This document shows positions 58,345-64,000 of a DNA stretch of 64,000 nt, piece by piece. The stretch spans positions 96,001-160,000 of the forward strand of contig CAWIKF010000001.1 in assembly GCA_963836755.1 (NCBI GenBank), given 5' to 3'. The translations under genes were made by a program, and so were the position numbers. Under the pieces are notes generated by a model, which saw only the letters and a list, made by a program, of their open reading frames with translations, did no database searches and was not told where the DNA came from. The stretch's first letter is position 1. Each line of letters begins with the position of its first letter. The DNA is from an uncultured Verrucomicrobiae bacterium. Its GTDB lineage: Bacteria; Verrucomicrobiota; Verrucomicrobiia; Chthoniobacterales; Chthoniobacteraceae.

Positions 58345-60975
58345 TTACCGCAGGTTTCCGCCGTCCTCGCGCAACACGTTCTCGGCCGTCGGCGCCGTGA
58401 TCGGCGATGGCGTCGCAACCGCCGGCGGTTGCGGTTCGGCGGGCGAAGGCGCCGGAGTTTCGGTCACGATCATCGTCGGCGCGGTCTGGATGAAAAGCGC
58501 GACGTCATCAGTATATTTTTCCTGCGTCTGCGCCGCCTCCACGAGCAGCGTGCGGCCGACGCGCGCCATGCCGAACTCAAATGCGAAAACGCCGTTGAGC
58601 CAGTTCCGGTCCGCGATCAAATCGGGCGAAGATTGATGCTGCGCAAAATATTCGCCCATCTGCAAAATCGTCTCCGGCGGCAGCTCGGTCCACGCGATCG
58701 GAATGTAGCCGTAGGGCGTCGCCATCTCCATTTCGCTTGGCGAGGCAACCTTGACGCCGCCCGCGACGGTCACTCCATTTTTTTTGAAAACCGGCAGCGG
58801 ATAGCCGCTGTAGTTGATGTCGCGCACGAGCGTTTTTTTGAACTGATCGAGCCACGTCGCCTTTTTTAACATGGTCGCACGTTCCGTTTCGACTGCGCTG
58901 TTGCCGCTGATTTTGGCGGCTTGCACCGCCGCCAGCGCTGCGGGGAAATCGTAGTCTCTCCACGCCGCGGCGACTTTCGCCTTCGCGGCATTTAATGTTT
59001 TCACGGCCCCGTCCCTTTCGCTGGCGATTTGTCGCGCCTGGTTTTGTTCCAGCTCCGTGAAATGCCGCCGCAGATTTTTCAACATCGTTGCGGTCGTCTC
59101 CGCCATTTTGCCGTGGACATGCGTGCTCAAACTTTCGAGCGCTTTCAACGCGGCCGCGCGCTGCTCGGGCGTGCTCGCCGCCTTGATCTGGTCGTTCACC
59201 TTTTCATATGCGTCAAAGTCAGCCGCGTATTTTTGCGCGAGCGGCTTGTATTCAGCGATCCACGCATACGGCTCGGCGGGATTTGAGCCGAGAAAAGTTT
59301 GCAGCAAAACATTCGCATCCTCGAAGCGCCCAAGCTCCCAATCTTTCGCGGCGAAGATGAACGGCGCGAGTGCGCCGCAGCTCGTGAGATCAAAGTTCTT
59401 CGCGGCATCAGGCGGCACGGAAGTCTTGCCTGCTGCAAGCTTCGCGACCGCTGCGAAGAATTTTCCCAGCGCCGCATCCAGCGGTTTCTCTTCAGGAAAA
59501 AACGCTTTGTCCGCGAGCGCCTTGAAAGCGGAATTCGCATCCACCGCGCGGCCCGCGAGCCACGCGCTGAAGCCTTCGTGCAGGATGATCCAATTCTCCA
59601 GCGGCTGCGCGATATCCGGCTGGTCCTGCAGCGTCGTCAACGCATCCTCGGCTCCCTGGAAATTTCCGTCCAATAGCTGCATTCGCGCGGCTTGATAACC
59701 GATGGCACCTGTCTGCTGCGGCATCCCTCCGGCCGCGGCGATGGCTCCTTTGTTGAACAACTTTGCGCGGTAAATGTAGACGAGCGCTCCGCCCGCGAGC
59801 ATCGCGAGGATGAGGATCAGGCTGATGATGCCCATCACTTTTTGCTGTTGCTCGCCTTCCACCACGACACGCGCTTTTTGTCGCTGCGGCTTCGCTGCGG
59901 CCTCGAGTAATTGCGCGCGTGCATACTGCAAGTGCTCCAGCAGTTCGTCATACGTTTGATAACGGCCTGCTGGATCTTTGTGCAGCATGCGATTGATGAC
60001 AAAAGCGGTTGCGCTCGCCACGTTTGGCGCGAACGCCTGAAGGCTGACCGCCTTGCTCTTGATGTGCTTCAACGCAACCAGAGACGCCGTTTCCGCCTCG
60101 AACGGCGGTCGCCCCGCGAGTGCGTGAAACAATGTGCCGCCGAGCGAATAAATGTCGCTGCGAAAATCCTCCGGCTCGTGATTCAACTTTTCCGGCGCAA
60201 CATAATACGGCGTGCCCCAGACTTCGCCGCGCTCCTCCGCCTCATGCTCCGCGAGCAGCGCCAGCCCGAAATCCACGATCTTCGCCGTGTGCGCATCTGC
60301 GAACAAAATATTGCCCGGTTTCACATCGCGATGGATCAGGCCTTTGTTGTGCGCCGCTTGCAAACCCTGCGCGATCTGGATGCCGACTTCGAGCACCTGC
60401 GCCTCTCCGACGCGCCCCTGCAGATTCATCAAATCATCCAGCGAGCCTTTGTCCACGGCCTCCATCGCGATGTAAAACAAACCGTGGTCCGAGCCGAACG
60501 AGAAAACTTTGACCACATGCGGATGATTGACGGACGCGGTGATGCGCGCCTCGCGCTCAAATTTCGCCAGATATTCCGTGTCCGAACTGTATTCCTTTCG
60601 CACCACTTTGAGCGCGACGATGCGGTTTAAGTTCACGTCGTTCGCCTTGTAAACCGCGCCCATTCCGCCCGCGCCGAGCAGCTCGACCAGCGCGAAATTT
60701 TTTAACTGCGTCCGCGCGCGCATCAACGTCCCGCACATCGGACAATGCACCTGCGCGAACGGCTCCTCGTCGCTCACATCGAGCAGCGCCGCGCAGTTCG
60801 GACATGGCTGCAACACCTGTTCGCCAGCGGCTTGCGGCGCCGGTTCCGCATCTTCCACGAGCTCTTCCGCGTATTGCTCGACGTATTCCTCCGCATACTC
60901 GGGAGCGGCCTCGCCCGGCTCGGCAAACTCCTCCGGCTCCGGCTCGGCTTGGGGATCTTCAGGCTCCTCGGGCAT
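58345..60975 (-). CDS. Membrane Hanks-type Ser/Thr protein kinase with an N-terminal zinc ribbon
   Basis: CPNC..CPMC; LGAGGMGAVY, VALK, HRDVKPGN, DFG, GTPYYVAPE; one TM segment; helical C-terminal region. Confidence 0.93.
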   Translation of the reverse strand: MPEEPEDPQAEPEPEEFAEPGEAAPEYAEEYVEQYAEELVEDAEPAPQAAGEQVLQPCPNCAALLDVSDEEPFAQVHCPMCGTLMRARTQLKNFALVELLGAGGMGAVYKANDVNLNRIVALKVVRKEYSSDTEYLAKFEREARITASVNHPHVVKVFSFGSDHGLFYIAMEAVDKGSLDDLMNLQGRVGEAQVLEVGIQIAQGLQAAHNKGLIHRDVKPGNILFADAHTAKIVDFGLALLAEHEAEERGEVWGTPYYVAPEKLNHEPEDFRSDIYSLGGTLFHALAGRPPFEAETASLVALKHIKSKAVSLQAFAPNVASATAFVINRMLHKDPAGRYQTYDELLEHLQYARAQLLEAAAKPQRQKARVVVEGEQQQKVMGIISLILILAMLAGGALVYIYRAKLFNKGAIAAAGGMPQQTGAIGYQAARMQLLDGNFQGAEDALTTLQDQPDIAQPLENWIILHEGFSAWLAGRAVDANSAFKALADKAFFPEEKPLDAALGKFFAAVAKLAAGKTSVPPDAAKNFDLTSCGALAPFIFAAKDWELGRFEDANVLLQTFLGSNPAEPYAWIAEYKPLAQKYAADFDAYEKVNDQIKAASTPEQRAAALKALESLSTHVHGKMAETTATMLKNLRRHFTELEQNQARQIASERDGAVKTLNAAKAKVAAAWRDYDFPAALAAVQAAKISGNSAVETERATMLKKATWLDQFKKTLVRDINYSGYPLPVFKKNGVTVAGGVKVASPSEMEMATPYGYIPIAWTELPPETILQMGEYFAQHQSSPDLIADRNWLNGVFAFEFGMARVGRTLLVEAAQTQEKYTDDVALFIQTAPTMIVTETPAPSPAEPQPPAVATPSPITAPTAENVLREDGGNLR

Positions 60976-61035
60976 CTGCGCGGTAAGCTAGTTTAGCATT
61001 TGCCATTTTCCAATTTCTAACTTTGAGTCGCCGCC

Positions 61036-61941
61036 ATGCCGGAGTTTCGTGTCGAGAAAAGCGAATCCGGCGCGCGCCTCGACCATTTCCTCGCGCAAAA
61101 ACTGCCGCAATTTTCGCGTTCGCGCATCCAGTCCTTGATCAAATCCGGCCACGCGCTGCGCAACGGCCGCGCCGAAAAATCCGGCGTCAAAATCAAAATC
61201 GCCGATGTGGTGACGATTGACGAACCGCCTGCGCAGCCGGTCCGCGCCGAGGCCGAGAATATCCCGCTCGATGTGCTTTTTGAAGACGCCGACCTGCTCG
61301 TTGTCAACAAGCCGGCCGGTCTCGTCGTGCATCCGGCTGCCGGGAACCAGTCGCACACGTTGGTTAACGCGTTGCTGCATCATTGCAAAGAGCTTTCCGG
61401 CATCGGCGGCGAACAGCGGCCGGGCATTGTTCACCGGCTCGACAAGGAAACCAGCGGCTGTCTCGTCATCGCGAAAAACGACATGGCGCACGCAAATTTA
61501 TCGCGCCAATTTGCTGCGCGGGCCGTCACAAAAATCTATCTCGCGCTTGTCGCCGGTCATTTGAAAAACAAACGCGGCGTGATCGAAAACGCCATCGGGC
61601 GTCATCCGATTCATCGAAAAAAAATGGCCGTCACCGCACGCGGTCGGGCGGCAAAAACGGAATTTCGCGTCGTCGAGGAGCTCGCACATTGCTCGCTTGT
61701 CGAGTGCGTTTTGCACACCGGCCGCACGCACCAGATCCGCGTGCATCTCAAGCATCTCTGCCATCCAGTGCTCGGCGACAAACTTTACGGCGCAAAGCTC
61801 GCGGTCAATTTTCCGCGCCAGATGCTGCACGCGTGGCGACTTGGTTTTGCGCATCCGCGCACGCAGGTTCGCATGAATTTTCGTGCGCCGCTGCCGAACG
61901 ATTTTATAAATGCCGGCGTCCACTTTTCCGACGATGAATGA
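61036..61941 (+). CDS. rluD: RluA/RluD family pseudouridine synthase
   Basis: S4 domain [35 protein letters not shown]. Confidence 0.92.
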   Translation: MPEFRVEKSESGARLDHFLAQKLPQFSRSRIQSLIKSGHALRNGRAEKSGVKIKIADVVTIDEPPAQPVRAEAENIPLDVLFEDADLLVVNKPAGLVVHPAAGNQSHTLVNALLHHCKELSGIGGEQRPGIVHRLDKETSGCLVIAKNDMAHANLSRQFAARAVTKIYLALVAGHLKNKRGVIENAIGRHPIHRKKMAVTARGRAAKTEFRVVEELAHCSLVECVLHTGRTHQIRVHLKHLCHPVLGDKLYGAKLAVNFPRQMLHAWRLGFAHPRTQVRMNFRAPLPNDFINAGVHFSDDE

Positions 61942-62674
61942 TTTCCAAAACGCGCTGCAAGTCGTGCACGATTCGCTCGTGCGCCTGCGCGATGCCGGCG
62001 TGCCGCTGCACGCGTCCCGCGCGGCTTTGGAAAATCTCGTCCGGCCGGTTCCGACGATTGACACGCGGATCAAGGCGCTGCGGGACCGCGCGCTCGTTTG
62101 CGTGAAATGTCCGCACCTTGCCGAGACGCGCACGCAGGTCGTTTTCGGCGTCGGGAATGTCGAGGCGGAATTGATGTTCGTCGGCGAAGCGCCGGGCGCG
62201 GATGAAGATTTGAAAGGCGAACCTTTCGTCGGGAAAGCCGGTCAGCTCTTGACGAAAATCATCGTGGCGATGGGATACACGCGCGACGAAATTTACATCG
62301 CGAACGTCCTCAAATGCCGCCCGAACACGCCGCCCGGCGAGAGCGGCAATCGCCGGCCGACGCGCGTCGAAATGGAAACTTGCCTGCCGTATTTGCGCGA
62401 GCAGATCGAGATCATCCGGCCGCGCGCGATGGTCGCCCTCGGCGCGGTGGCGATGGAGGGATTGCTCGGGCGCGTCGAGCCGATGGGCGCGCTGCGCGGG
62501 CGCTGGCACGACTTTGACGGCATCCCGCTGATGGCCACATTTCATCCCGCGTATCTGCTGCGAAACCAATCGCTCACGGAAAAGCGCAAAGTCTGGGAAG
62601 ACATGCTGCAAGTGCTGGAGCGGCTTGGCAGGCCGATCAGCGAGAAGCAGCGGAACTTTTTTCTGCCGAAATAG
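61934..62674 (+). CDS. Uracil-DNA glycosylase family 4
   Basis: [36 protein letters not shown]. Confidence 0.93.
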   Translation: MNDFQNALQVVHDSLVRLRDAGVPLHASRAALENLVRPVPTIDTRIKALRDRALVCVKCPHLAETRTQVVFGVGNVEAELMFVGEAPGADEDLKGEPFVGKAGQLLTKIIVAMGYTRDEIYIANVLKCRPNTPPGESGNRRPTRVEMETCLPYLREQIEIIRPRAMVALGAVAMEGLLGRVEPMGALRGRWHDFDGIPLMATFHPAYLLRNQSLTEKRKVWEDMLQVLERLGRPISEKQRNFFLPK

Positions 62675-63647
62675 CGCGCGCCAATGCGTCGAGCTGACGG
62701 TTTGAAAATGCCGCGCGCGCTGCGCGAAACATCAGTGCGCGGACTTCGGCGCGGGAAACTTTGATCCGCTCGTCCGTCTCCAAAGGCGGGTGCGCGCGCA
62801 GCATCGCCAGCGTCCGGACGCCAATCGCCCACGGCAGGATGCACGCGAAACGGAGCCGCCAGCTTCGCACCGACTCGATATACCGCCGCGCCTCCGCGAG
62901 ATTTTTCTCCGCGCGGTCGATCCACTTTTCCACGACTGCGCGCGCGGCCGATGCTTTTGCGAAAATGTTACCGGCGTTAACACCTTGCGCCGCCAGCTCG
63001 TCCGCCGGCAGATAGCAGCGGCCGTTCTGAAGATCGGCGCGCAGGTCGCGCAGAATGTTCACAAGCTGCAAGCCCTGACCGAAGCCGCGGCCGAGCGCGC
63101 GCATCGTTGCGGCATCGAGCCGCGCGTAGCTGCGCAGATGCCGAAAACAGATCTGCGTCCAGAATTCGCCGACGCAGCCGGCCACCAGATACGTGTATTC
63201 CTCGAGCGCCGCCGCATCGGGCAGCGCGGAAACTTTTTCCGAATCGGCGAAGCGCCGCAAGTCGAGTTCCTGCCCGCGAACGATGATGCGCAAAACTTCG
63301 ACGATGTCCGCGCGATCCGCTTCAGCACAGGCTCGCAGCGCATCGAGGCATTCGCCGGCGCTCTCGATCAGTCGCCGCTCCGAGACATTCGACGGCACGA
63401 TTTCGCTACGCAAACTTTGCAGTTCAGATTCATTCGCACCGGTCTCGATCATTGCGCCAAAAGCGACCAGATTTTTCAAACGCACTTCCACCGGAGCGTC
63501 CGGCGAATCAGCAATCGTGTCGCTCGCCCGCGCCAGCAAATACGCCAGGCCGACCGGCTCGCGCAGCGGACGCGGTAGCGCGCGGATCGTGAGATAAAAC
63601 GAGCGCGAGACCGATTTCAGCACGTCGCCGATGAGTTCCGCATTCAT
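62637..63647 (-). CDS. Squalene/phytoene synthase family protein
   Basis: VSRSFYL, ASDTIAD, YTYLVAGCVGEFWT, GLQLVNILRD..GRCYLP. Confidence 0.9.
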   Translation of the reverse strand: MNAELIGDVLKSVSRSFYLTIRALPRPLREPVGLAYLLARASDTIADSPDAPVEVRLKNLVAFGAMIETGANESELQSLRSEIVPSNVSERRLIESAGECLDALRACAEADRADIVEVLRIIVRGQELDLRRFADSEKVSALPDAAALEEYTYLVAGCVGEFWTQICFRHLRSYARLDAATMRALGRGFGQGLQLVNILRDLRADLQNGRCYLPADELAAQGVNAGNIFAKASAARAVVEKWIDRAEKNLAEARRYIESVRSWRLRFACILPWAIGVRTLAMLRAHPPLETDERIKVSRAEVRALMFRAARAAFSNRQLDALARAISAEKSSAASR

Positions 63648-64000
63648 CGGACGCCTACTTTTTTCAAATCAATCCGCTCGCTCGCGCACTGCCCCATCCC
63701 CGCCGCGGCCGCCGTTTGCAGATAGCTCCCGCGTTTCGCCAGCTTCGGCAATCGCGCCTGTGCCCGCCATTCATCGATCTCGCGCAATGCCGTCGCATCA
63801 AGTGCGACTGGATCACGACTCGCAAAAATCGTCGCGTAATTCCACGCGTAATTCGGCTGAAAATCCGGCCCGCCCGCGAATTGCGCGATGAGCCCGTCCA
63901 CGATATTCAGCACCACCTTTCGCCCGACGTGTTCATCGCGATAAAGTTCGACCAGAGACGGATCTGGCTCCTGCGCAAATCGGCGCCAGTTGTCGAGATT
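63644..64000 (-). CDS. DUF362-like protein, 5' part outside the window
   Basis: LNIVDGLIAQFAGGP..IFASRDPVALDA..YLQTAAAAGMG. Confidence 0.7.
   Translation of the reverse strand, partial: NLDNWRRFAQEPDPSLVELYRDEHVGRKVVLNIVDGLIAQFAGGPDFQPNYAWNYATIFASRDPVALDATALREIDEWRAQARLPKLAKRGSYLQTAAAAGMGQCASERIDLKKVGVR

Noticed and set aside
62637..62674. Convergent 38-bp overlap between the UDG and squalene synthase-like genes
   Set aside because: Short 3' overlaps are common in compact GC-rich genomes; no further signal.
1..64000. CRISPR array, IS element, integrase, prophage or anti-phage genes near the WYL regulator
   Set aside because: No regularly spaced repeats or relevant protein motifs were seen; the WYL neighbours are not recognisable defence genes.

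Overview
Bacterial chromosomal window whose gene content suggests Verrucomicrobiota (Chthoniobacterales-like); this is an inference, no search was run. From left to right: (1) 1-10 kb, a visibly AT-richer Wzx/Wzy exopolysaccharide locus preceded by an H-X9-DG prepilin-like gene; (2) tRNA-Gly(GCC) and tRNA-Thr(TGT); (3) 10.85-12.8 kb, an HTH-WYL regulator surrounded by GGAC-N7-GTCC palindromes, with two homologous leftward promoters, one before a 61-aa orphan ORF and one before a structured non-coding region; (4) 12.9-23.2 kb, a mannosidase locus (GH38 plus two GH92) with a HupE/UreJ protein; (5) 23.2-40.1 kb, a GC-rich biosynthetic cluster with a single-module highly reducing type I PKS (KS-AT-DH-cMT-ER-KR-ACP, no TE), a stand-alone condensation domain, desaturase, ABC exporter, LolA-like protein, AsnB-type amidotransferase, TPR protein and amidase; (6) 40-64 kb, mostly housekeeping genes (rlmN, ECF sigma/anti-sigma, cysNDH, tkt, prmA, ndk, aminotransferase, Fic, lpdA, MFS, Ser/Thr kinase, RluA family, UDG, squalene synthase-like). 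Seven +1 frameshifts (flippase, five in the PKS, transketolase) look like sequencing errors. The best candidates for new biology are the PKS/stand-alone-C cluster and the WYL operator/small-gene module.
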